Shown: positions 36,370 through 47,745 of the stretch, piece by piece
How the letters are laid out: every line of letters begins with the position of its first letter
Numbering within the stretch: the first letter of the stretch is position 1
Source: an uncultured Candidatus Rokubacteria bacterium
GTDB taxonomy: Bacteria; Methylomirabilota; Methylomirabilia; Rokubacteriales; DASRDR01
Length of the DNA: 64,000 bases
Reading direction: 5' to 3'
Assembly: GCA_963749975.1 (NCBI GenBank)
Contig: CAVVOZ010000009.1
Location: forward strand, 8,923 to 72,922
The notes under the pieces: model-generated
Database searches by the model: none
What the model was told of the DNA's origin: nothing
Seen by the model: the letters and a program-made list of their open reading frames with translations, nothing else
Position numbers and translations under genes: made by a program

Positions 36370-38979
36370 GTGAGCGAGTCGGGGCCGGAGCGCTTCTATC
36401 TCGTGGACGGCCCGTCGTACCTCTATCGCGCCTACCACGCCATCGGCCATCTCTCGACGTCGCGCGGCCTGCCGACCAACGCGACGCTCGGGATGACCAT
36501 GATGCTCTGGAAGCTTCTCCGCGAGGACCGGCCGACCTACATGGGGATCGCCTGGGACGCGCCGGGCCCCACCTTCCGGCACCAGCAGTTCGAGGCCTAC
36601 AAGCTCCAGCGCCCCGGGATGCCGAAGGACCTGGTCGAGCAGATCCCGTGGGTCCGCCGGTCGCTGGAGGCGATGGGTCTCCCGCTGCTCGAGGTGCCGG
36701 GGTACGAGGCGGACGACATCCTGGCGACCGCCGCCCGCCGTCTCCGCGACACGGCGATCGACCTGGTGCTGGTCACGGCCGACAAGGACGCCCTTCAGCT
36801 CGTCGACCCGCGCGTCACGGTGCTCTCGGTCCTCGGCCGCACCGGGGAGCGCGTCCTCTACGACGCCGCGAAGGTCGAGGAGCGCTGGGGCGTCCCGCCG
36901 GCGCGCATCCCCGACATCCTCGCGCTGATGGGCGACTCGATCGACAACATCCCGGGGGTGCCCGGGGTGGGGGAGGTGACGGCGCAGAAGCTCCTGCGGG
37001 AGTTCGGGAGCCTCGAGGCGCTCTACGCGAACCTCGCGGTCGTCACCGGACCGAAGCTCCGCGAGGCGCTGGCGCGTCACCGCGACCAGGCCTTCCTCTC
37101 GCGCCAGCTGGCGGTCCTGGAGGGTGCGCTCCCCATCGAGCTCGACCTGGAGAGCTTCCGGGTCCGGGAGCCCGAGTGGGAGCGTCTGCGCGCGCTCTGG
37201 ACCGAGCTCGAGTTCTCCGCGCTTCTCCGTCAGATCCCGGCGCGTGCCGTGGCCCTGCCCGCCGAGACCGTGCCGGTGGTCGACGGGGCGGGGTGGCGCG
37301 ACTTCCTCGCCCGCGCCGGCGGGCGCCTGGCCGTCGAGCCCGTCCTCGGGGGGAGCGCGCCCGAGTTCACCCTCCACGGGGTGGCGGCGTACGCGCCGGC
37401 GGCCGGCGCGTGCTACCACGTGGGCTGGCCGGAGATCCCCGCCGAGGTGAAGCTGGTGGGGCACGACACCAAGGCCCTCGTCGGCTGGGCGCGGGGCGCG
37501 GAGGTCGCCCTGGGCGCGGGGGGTGTCGACGACACGGCCGTGGCAGCGTATCTCCTCAACTCCGGCCGGAGCGGGTACCCGCTCGACCAGCTGGCGGCCG
37601 AGGCGGGGGGACCCGCCGTGCCCGGCGCGCTCGAGACGCTCCTCGCCGGCGCGCCGGTGAGCGACGCGGATCCGGCGCGGCTCGCCGCGTGGACCGGCGC
37701 CCGGGCGGAGGGCGTGTGGCGGCTCGCCGAGTCCCAGGCGCCGTTGCTCCGCGAGCACGGGCTCAGGCACCTCTACGAGACGCTCGAGGTGCCGCTCGTC
37801 CCCATCCTCGCCGACATGGAGCGGCTCGGGATCCGGGCCGATCCCGAGCGCCTGGGTCAGCTGGCGAAGGAGCTCGACACGCAGCTCGACGCGCTCCTGC
37901 GGGAGATCCATCAGCTCGCCGGCGAGGCGGTCAACCCGAACTCGCCGAAGCAGCTGGCGGTCGTGCTCTTCGAGAAGCTGAAGCTGCCGCCGCTCAAGCG
38001 CACGAAGACCGGCTACTCCACCGACGTGGACGTGCTGGAGGAGCTGGCGCTCGGGCACGCGCTCCCGGGGAAGGTCCTGGAGTACCGCCAGCTCGCCAAG
38101 CTCAAGGGCACGTACGCGGACGCGCTCCCGGCGCTCATCCATCCGCGGACGGGGCGCATCCACACCTCGTTCAACCAGCTGGTCGCCGCGACGGGGCGGC
38201 TGTCGTCGTCGAACCCGAATCTCCAGAACATCCCGATCCGCACCGAGCTCGGCCGGCGCATCCGCCAGGCGTTCGTCCCGGAGGACGGGTGGCGCTTCGT
38301 GGCCGCCGACTACTCGCAGATCGAGCTGCGGATCCTCGCGCACTTCTCGGAGGAGCCGGCCCTGGTCGAGGCGTTCCAGCGGGGAGAGGACATCCACACG
38401 CGCACCGCCGCGCAGATCATGGGCGCGGCGCCCGAGGCGGTCACGTCGGAGATGCGGCGCCTGGCCAAGGTGGTCAACTTCGGCATCCTCTACGGTCTCT
38501 CCGGATTCGGGCTCTCCCAGGCCGTGTCGATCGGCCGGGCCGAGGCCCAGCGCTTCATCGACGACTACTTCGCGACTCACCCGCGCGTGCGGGCCTACAT
38601 CGACCGCGTGGTGGCCGAGGGCCGGGTGCAGGGGTACGTCACGACCCTTCTCGGGCGGCGCCGCTACCTGCCGGAGCTGGGCGCGCGGAATCCGGTGGCC
38701 CGGAACGCCGCCGAGCGGATGGCCGCCAACGCGCCGATCCAGGGCACCGCGTCCGACATCATCAAGCTCGCGATGGTGCGCCTCGCGGCGGCGCTCGCCG
38801 CGCGGGGGCTCCGCAGCCGGATGCTGCTCCAGGTCCACGACGAGCTCCTCCTCGAGGTGCCGGACGCCGAGACGGCGGCCGTGCGGGAGCTCCTGCCCGA
38901 GATCATGGAGGCCGTCGTGGCGCTGACCGTGCCCCTGCGGGTCGACGTCAAGGAGGGCCGCGACTGGGCCGAGGTCTAG
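36370..38979 (+). CDS. polA: DNA polymerase I
   Basis: GTG 36370. 5'-3' exonuclease N-terminus (…FYLVDGPSYLYRAYHA…EADDILAT…), motifs A (…ADYSQIELRILAH…) and B (…RRLAKVVNFGILYG…) and …LLQVHDELLLE…. 870 aa. Confidence 0.9.
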   Translation: MSESGPERFYLVDGPSYLYRAYHAIGHLSTSRGLPTNATLGMTMMLWKLLREDRPTYMGIAWDAPGPTFRHQQFEAYKLQRPGMPKDLVEQIPWVRRSLEAMGLPLLEVPGYEADDILATAARRLRDTAIDLVLVTADKDALQLVDPRVTVLSVLGRTGERVLYDAAKVEERWGVPPARIPDILALMGDSIDNIPGVPGVGEVTAQKLLREFGSLEALYANLAVVTGPKLREALARHRDQAFLSRQLAVLEGALPIELDLESFRVREPEWERLRALWTELEFSALLRQIPARAVALPAETVPVVDGAGWRDFLARAGGRLAVEPVLGGSAPEFTLHGVAAYAPAAGACYHVGWPEIPAEVKLVGHDTKALVGWARGAEVALGAGGVDDTAVAAYLLNSGRSGYPLDQLAAEAGGPAVPGALETLLAGAPVSDADPARLAAWTGARAEGVWRLAESQAPLLREHGLRHLYETLEVPLVPILADMERLGIRADPERLGQLAKELDTQLDALLREIHQLAGEAVNPNSPKQLAVVLFEKLKLPPLKRTKTGYSTDVDVLEELALGHALPGKVLEYRQLAKLKGTYADALPALIHPRTGRIHTSFNQLVAATGRLSSSNPNLQNIPIRTELGRRIRQAFVPEDGWRFVAADYSQIELRILAHFSEEPALVEAFQRGEDIHTRTAAQIMGAAPEAVTSEMRRLAKVVNFGILYGLSGFGLSQAVSIGRAEAQRFIDDYFATHPRVRAYIDRVVAEGRVQGYVTTLLGRRRYLPELGARNPVARNAAERMAANAPIQGTASDIIKLAMVRLAAALAARGLRSRMLLQVHDELLLEVPDAETAAVRELLPEIMEAVVALTVPLRVDVKEGRDWAEV

Positions 38980-39149
38980 GGCGCGGCCGATGACCGGCGC
39001 AGCCCGGCGTCCTCGGCCCGCGCCCATCCTCGACGTACAGGAGTACGTCTCCGGTGCGCGCGGGCCTGCGTCCTTGGGCTGCTTGGTCCTCGGCCACGCC
39101 CAAGGTGACGGGTCGATTTGGCGGGTCGAGGGTTCTTGGGGGGAATGGG

Positions 39150-40001
39150 ATGCCTGAGTTCCGCTACGTGATCTGCGACGTCTTCACGGATCGCCCGCTC
39201 GAGGGGAACCCGCTCGCCGTCTTCACGGACGCGCGCGCGATCCCGGACGCGCTCCTCCAGCCCCTCGCCCGCGAGATGCACCTGTCGGAAACGGTCTTCT
39301 GCTATCCGGCGCGTGCGGGCGGCCACGTGCGCATCCGGATCTTCACTCCTGGGCACGAGCTGCCGTTCGCAGGGCATCCGGTCCTGGGGGCCGCCTTCGT
39401 CCTGGCGGCGCCGCTCCAGCTCCCGGAGATCGTCCTCGAGACGGGCGTCGGGCCCGTGCCCGTCCGGATCGAGCGGGACGGCCCGCGGATCGTCTTCGGC
39501 CGGATGGTGCAGCCCGTGCCGCGAGTCGAGGCGGTCGCGGACCCGGCCGCCCTCCTCCGCGCGCTCGGGGTCGCGCGGGCCGCGCTTCCCGTGGAGCTCT
39601 ACGACAACGGCCCGCGCCACGTCTTCGTGGCCCTCGACAGCGAGGCTCAGGTGGCCGCGCTCCAGCCGGATTTCCAGGCGCTCGCGCGTCTGCTCCCGCG
39701 CGGGACGACGAACTGCTTCGCGGGGGAGGGGCGTCGCTGGAAGACGCGCGCCTTCGCCCCCGGCGCCGGCGTGCTGGAGGACCCGGCCACCGGCTCCGCC
39801 GCCGGGCCGCTCGCCTGCCACCTGGCGCGCCACGGCCGCATCCCCTTCGGCGAGGAGATCGAGATTCGCCAGGGCGCCGAGATCCACCGCCCGAGCGTCC
39901 TCTTCGCGCGCGCCGACGGCACCGCCGCCGCAATCGAGCGCGTGGAGGTGGGCGGCTCCGCCGTGACCGTCGCCCGCGGCGAGTTCCGGCTTCCCGGCTG
40001 A
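39150..40001 (+). CDS. PhzF family phenazine biosynthesis-like isomerase
   Basis: ATG 39150. [25 protein letters not shown]…HLSETVFCY…[10 protein letters not shown]…. Confidence 0.8.
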   Translation: MPEFRYVICDVFTDRPLEGNPLAVFTDARAIPDALLQPLAREMHLSETVFCYPARAGGHVRIRIFTPGHELPFAGHPVLGAAFVLAAPLQLPEIVLETGVGPVPVRIERDGPRIVFGRMVQPVPRVEAVADPAALLRALGVARAALPVELYDNGPRHVFVALDSEAQVAALQPDFQALARLLPRGTTNCFAGEGRRWKTRAFAPGAGVLEDPATGSAAGPLACHLARHGRIPFGEEIEIRQGAEIHRPSVLFARADGTAAAIERVEVGGSAVTVARGEFRLPG

Positions 40002-40003
40002 GG

Positions 40004-40690
40004 GTGGTCGTCAGCCATGCGGTGGAGATGACCGGCCCCCCGTCGACGCGCCCCTTCCTTCTCGTGGGGCTCACCGGCGGGATCGCGTCGGGGAAGTCCA
40101 CCGTGGGCCGGCAGCTGGTGGAGCTGGGCTGTCGCCTGGTCGACGCCGACGTGCTGGCCCGCGAGGTCGTCGCGCCGGGTGAGCCGGCCTGGCGGGCCAT
40201 CGTCGAGACATTTGGCTCTGACGTCACGATGCCCGACGGCCAGCTCGACCGAAAGCGTCTCGGGGCTCTCGTCTTCGCCGATCCCGCGCGCCGGAAGGTC
40301 CTCGAGGCGATCACCCATCCCGCGATCATGGCCCGGCGGCAGGCGATCCTCGACGCCTGGGCGGCCGAGGGCTTCAACGGGATCGTCGTGCTCGACATCC
40401 CGCTCCTCATCGAGATCGGCGCCGCGGCGCACGTGGACCGCGTGGTCCTGGTCTACGCCGAGCGCGACGTCCAGCTGGAACGGCTCATGGCGCGGGACGG
40501 CTTCGACCGCGCCGAGGCCGAGCGGCGCGTCGCGAGCCAGATGCCGCTCGCCGAGAAGGTGCGACACGCTCACTACGTGATCGACAGCTCCGGCATGCGG
40601 GAGGAAACGGCCGCCCAGGTGCGAGCGGTGCACGCCGCCCTTCTCGCGGAGCATCGCGCCCGGCGGACCGCGGGCGGCCCGGCCTCGTGA
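40004..40690 (+). CDS. coaE: dephospho-CoA kinase
   Basis: …LVGLTGGIASGKSTVGRQLVELGCRLVDADVLAREVV…ITHPAI…. The start is either GTG 40004 or ATG 40028. Confidence 0.8.
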   Translation: MVVSHAVEMTGPPSTRPFLLVGLTGGIASGKSTVGRQLVELGCRLVDADVLAREVVAPGEPAWRAIVETFGSDVTMPDGQLDRKRLGALVFADPARRKVLEAITHPAIMARRQAILDAWAAEGFNGIVVLDIPLLIEIGAAAHVDRVVLVYAERDVQLERLMARDGFDRAEAERRVASQMPLAEKVRHAHYVIDSSGMREETAAQVRAVHAALLAEHRARRTAGGPAS

Positions 40691-41560
40691 CCGGCGGCCC
40701 GGGCGGCCCGCGCGGGCGCGTGCCCCGGATCACGGGCCACCGGCGGCGGGCGCTCGGCCAGCACTTCCTGGTCGATCCGGGCGTCGCGGCGCGGATCGTG
40801 GACGCCGTCGGTGCGACCCGCGCCGACGTCGTCTGCGAGATCGGCGCCGGCCCGGGCACCTTGACGTGGGCCCTCGCGGCGCGGGTCGGACGTCTGGTCG
40901 CGCTCGAGATCGATCCGGCGCTCCAGGCCCGGCTGTCCGAGGCCGCGCGGACCTGGCCGGATGCCGCGCGCGTCGAGATCCTGCTGGCCGATGCGCGCGC
41001 GTTCGCCTACGAGGAGCTCGGCGCGCTCCGCCCCGCCCCGGCCGGCCGGGTGCTCGTCGTCGGCAACCTCCCGTACAGCGTGTCCAAGCCCATCCTGGGA
41101 CGCCTCCTCGACGCTCGCGCGACGCTCGACGCCGCGGTCCTCATGCTCCAGCGCGAGGTGGCGGAGCGGATCACCGCGTCCCCGGGAGGGCGCGACTACG
41201 GGGCGCTCTCGATCTTCTGGCAGCGCTGGGCCGACGTGACCCAGCTCGAGGTCGTCCCCCCCGTCGCCTTCCGGCCGCCGCCGGCCGTCGAGTCCGCCGT
41301 GATCCGGGTCGGGTTCCGGTCCACGCCGCGGGTCGAGGTCCGGCGACGAGGCCTCGTTCACGCGCGTGGTCCGGGCCGCCTTCGGCCAGCGCCGGAAGAC
41401 CCTGGGGAACGCCCTTCGCGGGGGGGGCCTCGGAGGCCCCGAGCGTGTCACGGCCGCCCTGGCCGAGGCGGCGATCGACGGCGGGCGCCGCGCCGAGACC
41501 CTCTCGCTCGAGGAGTTCGCCCGGCTGGCCGACGCGCTCGGCCGCGCCCCGGCTGGCTGA
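40687..41560 (+). CDS. rsmA: 16S rRNA (adenine1518/1519-N6)-dimethyltransferase; frameshift ~41340
   Basis: …[19 protein letters not shown]…[12 protein letters not shown]…[14 protein letters not shown]… in frame 3. The C-terminus ([24 protein letters not shown]…) is in the ORF 41366..41560 frame. Confidence 0.8.
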
Positions 41561-41639
41561 CGTCGCCCGCTCCGGTCGTTTTCCGCCGTGGCCCGGTTTT
41601 TAGGGGCCTCCGGGGCCGCGTGATACGCTACGCCCAAGT

Positions 41640-43356
41640 ATGACCGACCGCGTCATCCCGGCCAGCGCTCCGGCCGGGGCTCCGGGCGACCCTGCGATCG
41701 AGCCCAGCGTTCGCATCCTCCCGCTCGGCGGCCTCGGGGAGATCGGTCTCAACATGATGCTGCTCGAGTCGGGCGAGGATCTCCTGGCCGTCGACTGCGG
41801 GCTCATGTTCCCGGACGACGAGATGCCCGGGGTGGACTACGTCATCCCGGACTTCTCGTACCTCCTGGCGAGGCGCGAGCAGGTGCGCGGGGTCATCCTC
41901 ACCCACGCCCACGAGGACCACATCGGGGCGCTCCCGTACCTCCTGCGCGAGCTCGACGTCCCGGTGTACGGGCCCCGGATGGCGCTCGCCCTGGCCGGCG
42001 AGCGCCTGCGCGAGCACGGCCTCCTGGACCGCGCCCGGCTCGTTCCGGTCGAGCCCCGGCGCGCGTTCGACGTCGGCGGCTTCCGGGTGGAGCCGATCCG
42101 GGTGACCCACTCGGTCGTCGACGGCCTCGGCTACGGCATCGAGACGCCGGTCGGCACCCTCGTCCACACGGGAGACTTCAAGTTCGATTCGAACCCGATC
42201 GACGGCGAGCGCTCGGACTATCATCGCCTCGCCGAGCTCGGCGAGCGCGGCGTCCTCTGCCTGATGGCCGACTCCACGAACGTCGACCGGCCGGGCACCA
42301 CGCCGTCCGAGCACGAGGTCGGGCGCGCGCTGGGCGACCGGTTTCGCCGCGCCCCCGGGCGCGTCATCGTCGCGACCTTCGCCTCGCACGTCCACCGCAT
42401 CCAGCAGGTCCTCGACCTCGCCGCCACCTTCGGGCGCAAGGTCGCGCTCCTCGGGCGGAGCATGGAGACCAACGTGCGCCTGGCCGCGGAGCTGGGCTAC
42501 CTCCGCGTGCCCGACGGGACGCTCCTGTCCCTCGAGGACCTGTCGGCGCTGCCGCCCTACCGACAGGTGATCATCTCCACGGGGAGCCAGGGCGAGCCGA
42601 ACTCGGCCTTGGCCCTCATGGCGGCCGCGGAGCACAAGTACCTGCGCGTGGGCGAGGGTGACCTCGTGATCCTCTCCGCCCGCGTCATTCCGGGCCACGA
42701 GCGCACGGTCACGCGCGTGGTCAACCAGCTCCTCCGCCAGGGCGCCGAGGTCCTGTGGGAGGAGGTGGCGTTCGTCCACGTCTCGGGCCACGCGTCGCAG
42801 GACGAGCTCCGGCTCATGCTGAGCCTCGTCCGGCCGCAGTTCTTCATCCCGGTCCACGGCGAGTACCGGCACCTCCTGGCCCACGGCCGCCTGGCGCAGG
42901 AGGTGGGGCTCCCGGCCGAGCACGTCTTCGTCGTCGAGGACGGGCAGGGGCTCGAGCTCACCAAGACCGGCGCGCGCGCGCTCGAGCGCGTTCCCCTCGC
43001 CCGCGTGCTGGTCGACGGGAAAGGGGTCGGCGACGTGGGGCCGGTGGTGCTCCGTGACCGCCAGCTCCTCGCCGAGGACGGGATGGTCGTCGTCGCCGTG
43101 ACCGTGGATCGCGCGCACCGGCGCGCTCGTCGCGGGGCCGGAGATCGTCTCGCGGGGCTGGGTCTACGAGCGCGAGGCCGAGGCCGTGCTGGAGGAGGCG
43201 AAGACGGCGGTCCGGGAGGCCCTCGCCGCGGAGCGGAGCGAGTCGCCGCTCGGGCGCGAGGCCCTGGTCGCTCTCCTCCGCGGCACGCTCCGCCGCTTCA
43301 TCACCCAGCGGTACGACCGGAAGCCGATCGTGCTGCCGGTGGTCCTGGACGCCTGA
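41640..43356 (+). CDS. rnj: ribonuclease J; 1-bp insertion frameshift ~43110
   Basis: …VRILPLGGLGEIGLNMMLLE…ILTHAHEDHIGALPYL… (MBL fold), …VHVSGHASQDEL… (RMMBL). The C-terminus resumes in another frame (…TGALVAGPEIVSRGWVYEREAEAVLEEAK…VVLDA*) and ends at TGA 43354-43356. Confidence 0.85.
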
Positions 43357-45618
43357 TGGCGAAGGCCCGGCCCCCCAAGCCCAAGATCGCCGCGCGGTGG
43401 CTCCGCGAGGCCCAGGGCGTCGTCGCCCTCGGGCTCGCCGCGTACCTGGGCGTCGCGCTCCTGTCCTACGACCCGGCGCTCCGCTGGGTGGACCAGGAGG
43501 CCCGCGTCGGTGTCGTGGGGCTCTGGGTGGGATGGGCGCTCTTCACGACCGTCGGCTACGCCGCCTACCTCGTTCCGGTGATGCTGATGGTGTGGGCGTT
43601 CGCGGCGTTCACGCGGCCGCTCGCCGTGGGGACGCTCTCGATCTCGCGTCGGGGCCGCGCTCGGGCTCCTGGCCGTCACGGGACTCCTGGCCCAGCTCTC
43701 GGGGCCGGTGCGCGGCGTCTGGCTCCACCGGGGCGGGTGGCTCGGCTGGGCCGTGGCGGGGACGCTCCGCCGCACCCTGGGTGACGTGGGCGCGCTGGTG
43801 TTGCTCCTCACGCTCATGGCGGTCGCGGGCCTGTGCATCACCCAGGCATCCTACGCGGGCCTCTCGCGGGCATTGATCACCCGCCTGTCCGGGCTCGCGC
43901 GTCTCGGCCGGGGGCGCCGGCCGGCGGCTCGCGCCGCGGCCCCCGCCGCGCCGGCCCCGGTCGTCGTCGAGCCGCGTCCGGCGCCGCCGCCGCCCGCCAT
44001 CGCGCTGCCCCCCGAGCTGCCGCCGCCGGTGGCCGCGGAGCGCCTGCCGGACCGCGCGCGCGCCCGGAGCGAGGAGCGGCCGCGGCCATCGGCGGACCGG
44101 GCGGCGGCGGGCGAGGAGCGGCCCCGCTCGGCGGAGGCCCGCCGCGCGAAGCAGGAGATCTTCGGGTTCGCCCGCCCCGGCGCCACGTTCCAGCTGCCGC
44201 CCGTGTCGCTCCTCAAGGCGCCGGTGGCAGGAGAGCGTCGGCGCACCGAGAGCGAGGAGGAGCTCCGCCAGAACGCCGAGCACCTCCGGAAGCGGCTCGA
44301 GGACTTCGGGGTCAAGGGGCACATCGCGCGGATCAACCCGGGGCCGGTCATCACGGGGTACGAGTTCGAGCCGGGGCCCGGGATCAAGGTGAACCAGGTG
44401 GTGAACCTGGCGGACGACCTCGCGCTCGCGATGAAGGCCGGCGCGGTCCGCGTCTTCGGGCCGGTGCCCGGGCGGGGGAGCGTCGCCATCGAGGTGCCGA
44501 ATGCCGAGCCCTCCACCGTGTCCCTCCGCGAGATCCTCCTCTCGAAGGAGTTCAAGGAGTCGAAGGCCCCGCTGGCCCTCGCGCTCGGGCGCGACGCGAT
44601 CGGCCAGCCGGCCGTCGCGGACCTCGCGTCGATGCCGCACCTCCTCGTCGCCGGGGCGACGGGGGCGGGCAAGTCGGCCGGGCTCAACGCGATGATCTGC
44701 TCGATCCTCTTCCGCCGCACCCCCGCCGAGGCGCGCCTCCTCATGATCGATCCGAAGCGCCTGGAGCTCGGGATGTACGAGGGGATCCCGCACCTCCTGG
44801 CGCCGGTCGTGACCGATGCCAAGGAAGCCGCCTCCCGCCTCCGGTGGATCGTCGGCCGGATGGACGATCGCTACAAGCTCCTCGCGGAGAAGTCGGTCCG
44901 GAACATCGAAGGCTACAACCAGGCGGTCGAGCCGGCCGAGCGCCTGCCCTACTGGATCATCATCGTGGACGAGCTGGCCGACCTGATGATGGTCTCGGCC
45001 GGGGAGGTGGAGACCTCGCTCGCGCGGCTGGCACAGATCGCCCGCGCGGTGGGGATCCACCTGATCATCGCGACGCAGCGCCCCTCGGTCGACGTGATCA
45101 CGGGTCTCATCAAGGCGAACTTCCCGGCGCGGATCGCCTTCCAGGCGGCGTCGAAGGTGGACTCGCGCACGATCCTCGACCAGAACGGCGCCGAGCAGCT
45201 CATCGGCCGCGGCGACATGCTCTTCGTGCCGCCGGCCACCTCCCGCCCGGTCCGGATCCACGGGGCGTGGGTCTCGGAGCCGGAGGTCCGCGAGGTGGTC
45301 CGCTTCCTCAAGGAGCAGGGCCAGGCGGTCTTCGAGGAGGGCCTGGTCAAGCCCATCCGCGACGAGCGGGGCGGCAACGGGGGCGGCGGCGAGGACGACC
45401 GCGACGACACCTACTGGCGCGCGGTCGAGCTGATCGTGAGCCAGAAGCAGGCGTCGATCAGCTTCATCCAGCGCCGCATGGGGCTCGGCTACCCGAAGGC
45501 GGCGCGCTTCATCGACCTCATGGAGCAGGATCGCATCATCGGTCCCGGCGACGGCGCCAAGCCGCGCCAGATCCTCGTCGGTCCCGAGTACCTGCTGCGC
45601 CGCTCCGGCTCCCACTGA
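43356..45618 (+). CDS. ftsK: DNA translocase FtsK; 1-bp deletion frameshift ~43648
   Basis: ATG 43356, overlapping the rnj stop as TGATG. N-terminal TM region, Pro/Ala-rich linker, then …LVAGATGAGKSAGLNAMI… (Walker A) …IIVDELADLMMV… (Walker B) and the C-terminal gamma domain …YWRAVELIVSQKQASISFIQRRMGLGYPKAARFID…. Confidence 0.85.
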
Positions 45619-45765
45619 CCCGCGCCCGCGGACCCACGCGACAGGGGCCCTCCTTCCGCAGAGCCACGACGGGTGGTGTAGCCGGACGAATGCCAGAGTG
45701 ACACGCCCAGTTCTTCCTCAAGTGGTTGACAGTGCCCGGGCCGCTCGGGCATCGTATGGAACGCG

Positions 45766-46098
45766 ATGAAGCTCAGCGAGTTTCTGCGACAGAGCACGCG
45801 CCCGCAGGCGTTCGGCACGTTGACGGACGGTGATCGCGCGTGCGCCGTCGCCCAGATGTTCGAGGAGGCCTTCGGCGTGCCGACCCAGCGCGTGGGGGTC
45901 CGCCGGGAGAGCCAGCTCCTGCGGTGGGTGATCCAGACCTATCGCATCGAGATCCCGACCCGTCAGGAGTGGTGCCGGAAGTGCGAGATCCCCTTCCAGC
46001 TCCCCGACGGGCTGTCCGGCTACCTCATCCACCTGAACGATGTCCACCTCGCGTCGAAGGGCGTCATCGTGGAGGCCCTCGAGGAGCTCGGACTCTAG
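45766..46098 (+). CDS. hypothetical protein (110 aa)
   Basis: Clean ORF with genome-typical GC3 between ftsK and lolA. MKLSEFLRQSTRPQAFGTLTDGDRACAVAQMFEE…WCRKCEIPFQLPDGLSGYLIHLNDVHL…. No family recognised. Confidence 0.4.
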   Translation: MKLSEFLRQSTRPQAFGTLTDGDRACAVAQMFEEAFGVPTQRVGVRRESQLLRWVIQTYRIEIPTRQEWCRKCEIPFQLPDGLSGYLIHLNDVHLASKGVIVEALEELGL

Positions 46099-46138
46099 GC
46101 CGGACGCCGGCCCCGGCCGGCGTCGCCCCGCTGCTGCG

Positions 46139-46807
46139 ATGCGTACGCGACCTTCTGCGCTCTGCCTGATCCTGGTCCTCGCCGGCGTCCTGGCGCTCGC
46201 CGCGGGCGCGACCGCCGCGCCGACGCTCGACGAGGCCGTGAGCGCCCTCGAGCAGGCCCAGCGGCGGGTGACCGACCTCAAGGCGCCGTTCCGGCAGGCG
46301 GCGCACAACAAGGCGCTCAACCAGACCATCGACGCCCGCGGCACGCTCTATCTGAAGAAGCCCGGGCGCCTGCGCTGGGAATACCAGACCCCGACGCCCC
46401 AGGAGATCGTCTCCGACGGCACGCGGCTCTGGATCTACACGCCCGAGCTCAAGCAGGTGAACGTGAGCGCCGCCCCGGCGGCCCTCGCCGGGCCCGCCGG
46501 GAGCTTCCTCCAGGGGCTCGGGCAGGTGCGGGAGCACTTCGACGCGCGCTTCCTCAACCCCGCCCAGCCGACCGACGCCGACGGGCTCGTCGTCCTCGAC
46601 CTCGCGCCGAAGCGCCCCCAGCCGCTCCTGGCGCGCCTGATCGTCTCGGTCGACCCCCGGAGCTGGCTCGTGCGGCAGGCGATCGTCCACGACGAGCTCG
46701 GGAACACCGTGACCGTGCGCTTCGGGGACACGGCGGTGAACTCGGGGCTCTCCGACGCGCTGTTCGTCTTCGTGCCCCCGCCGGGCGTCGCGGTCGTCCA
46801 GCACTGA
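46139..46807 (+). CDS. lolA: outer-membrane lipoprotein carrier protein LolA
   Basis: ATG 46139. Signal peptide MRTRPSALCLILVLAGVLALAAGATAA, then …LKAPFRQ…GTLYLKKPGRLRWEYQTP…RLWIYTPELKQV…. Confidence 0.75.
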   Translation: MRTRPSALCLILVLAGVLALAAGATAAPTLDEAVSALEQAQRRVTDLKAPFRQAAHNKALNQTIDARGTLYLKKPGRLRWEYQTPTPQEIVSDGTRLWIYTPELKQVNVSAAPAALAGPAGSFLQGLGQVREHFDARFLNPAQPTDADGLVVLDLAPKRPQPLLARLIVSVDPRSWLVRQAIVHDELGNTVTVRFGDTAVNSGLSDALFVFVPPPGVAVVQH

Positions 46808-46819
46808 CGCCGGGAGAGG

Positions 46820-47323
46820 ATGATGGCCAAGGCTGAGAACTCCTTCGACGTCGCGTGCAAGGTCGACCCGCAGGCAGTCACCGACGCGGTCCACCAGGCG
46901 ACCCGCGAGATCCAGACGCGCTACGACCTCAAGCAGACCAAGACCGAGCTCGGGCTGGAGAAGGACGCGATCACCGTCCACACGGACAACGACTACGTCC
47001 TGAAGCAGGTCCTCGACGTGCTCCAGTCGAAGCTCCACCGCCGGGGCGTGCCGCTGAAGGCGCTCACCTACGGGAAGGTCGAGCCCGCCGCGAGCGGCAC
47101 CGTGCGCCAGCGGATCGACGTCCAGCAGGGCATCCCGATGGAGAAGGCGAAGGAGATCGTCCGCCTGATCAAGGACACGAAGCTCAAGGTGCAGGCCCAG
47201 ATCCAGGAGGACCAGGTCCGGGTGTTCGGCAAGAACCGGGACGACCTCCAGGCGGTGATCAAGCTGCTCCGGGAGCAGGATCTGGGCATCGAGATGCAGT
47301 TCACGAACTACCGCTCGGAGTAG
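46820..47323 (+). CDS. yajQ: YajQ family cyclic-di-GMP-binding protein (UPF0234)
   Basis: [38 protein letters not shown]…[28 protein letters not shown]…. Confidence 0.8.
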   Translation: MMAKAENSFDVACKVDPQAVTDAVHQATREIQTRYDLKQTKTELGLEKDAITVHTDNDYVLKQVLDVLQSKLHRRGVPLKALTYGKVEPAASGTVRQRIDVQQGIPMEKAKEIVRLIKDTKLKVQAQIQEDQVRVFGKNRDDLQAVIKLLREQDLGIEMQFTNYRSE

Positions 47324-47412
47324 CCGCCCGCGACGCCCTCCCGGCCGTGTGGTCGCTCCGCAGGCGACTCCGCTCGGCCGGGCTCGGCGGATCGACCGGC
47401 TATAATGCCGTC

Positions 47413-47745
47413 GTGGCAGAGCGAGCCGTCGCGCCCGCGGTGGACCCCGAGGTGCTGGCGATCGCCCGACAGGTCGCCGGGATCGTGCGACGAGTGCTGG
47501 GCGACCCCGCGTACCGCGTGTACCTCTTCGGCTCCTGGGTGGCGGGAGGAGCCGCTCCCCGCTCTGACATCGACATCGGCATCGAGGGCCCTGCGCCCGT
47601 ACCGCCGGCGGCGATGGTGACCATCCGCGACGCCTGTGAGGCCTTGCCCACGCTGCGCACCGTGGATCTGGTCGATCTCGCTCGGGTCGCTGCGGACTTC
47701 CGGGGGGGCCTTGTCGCGCGGTTGGTGGAGTCCGAGCCGTCGTGA
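47413..47745 (+). CDS. minimal nucleotidyltransferase (MNT) of an NTase/HEPN pair
   Basis: GTG 47413, immediately downstream of a perfect TATAAT at 47401-47406 (possibly leaderless). …RVYLFGSWVAGGAAPRSDIDIGIEG… is the GS…D.D NTase motif. Confidence 0.65.
   Translation: MAERAVAPAVDPEVLAIARQVAGIVRRVLGDPAYRVYLFGSWVAGGAAPRSDIDIGIEGPAPVPPAAMVTIRDACEALPTLRTVDLVDLARVAADFRGGLVARLVESEPS

Noticed and set aside
45726-45757. TTGACA … TCGTAT as promoter of the orphan 110-aa ORF
   Set aside because: The spacer is 20 nt, too long, and the -10 would sit only 9 nt from the start codon. This is not convincing.
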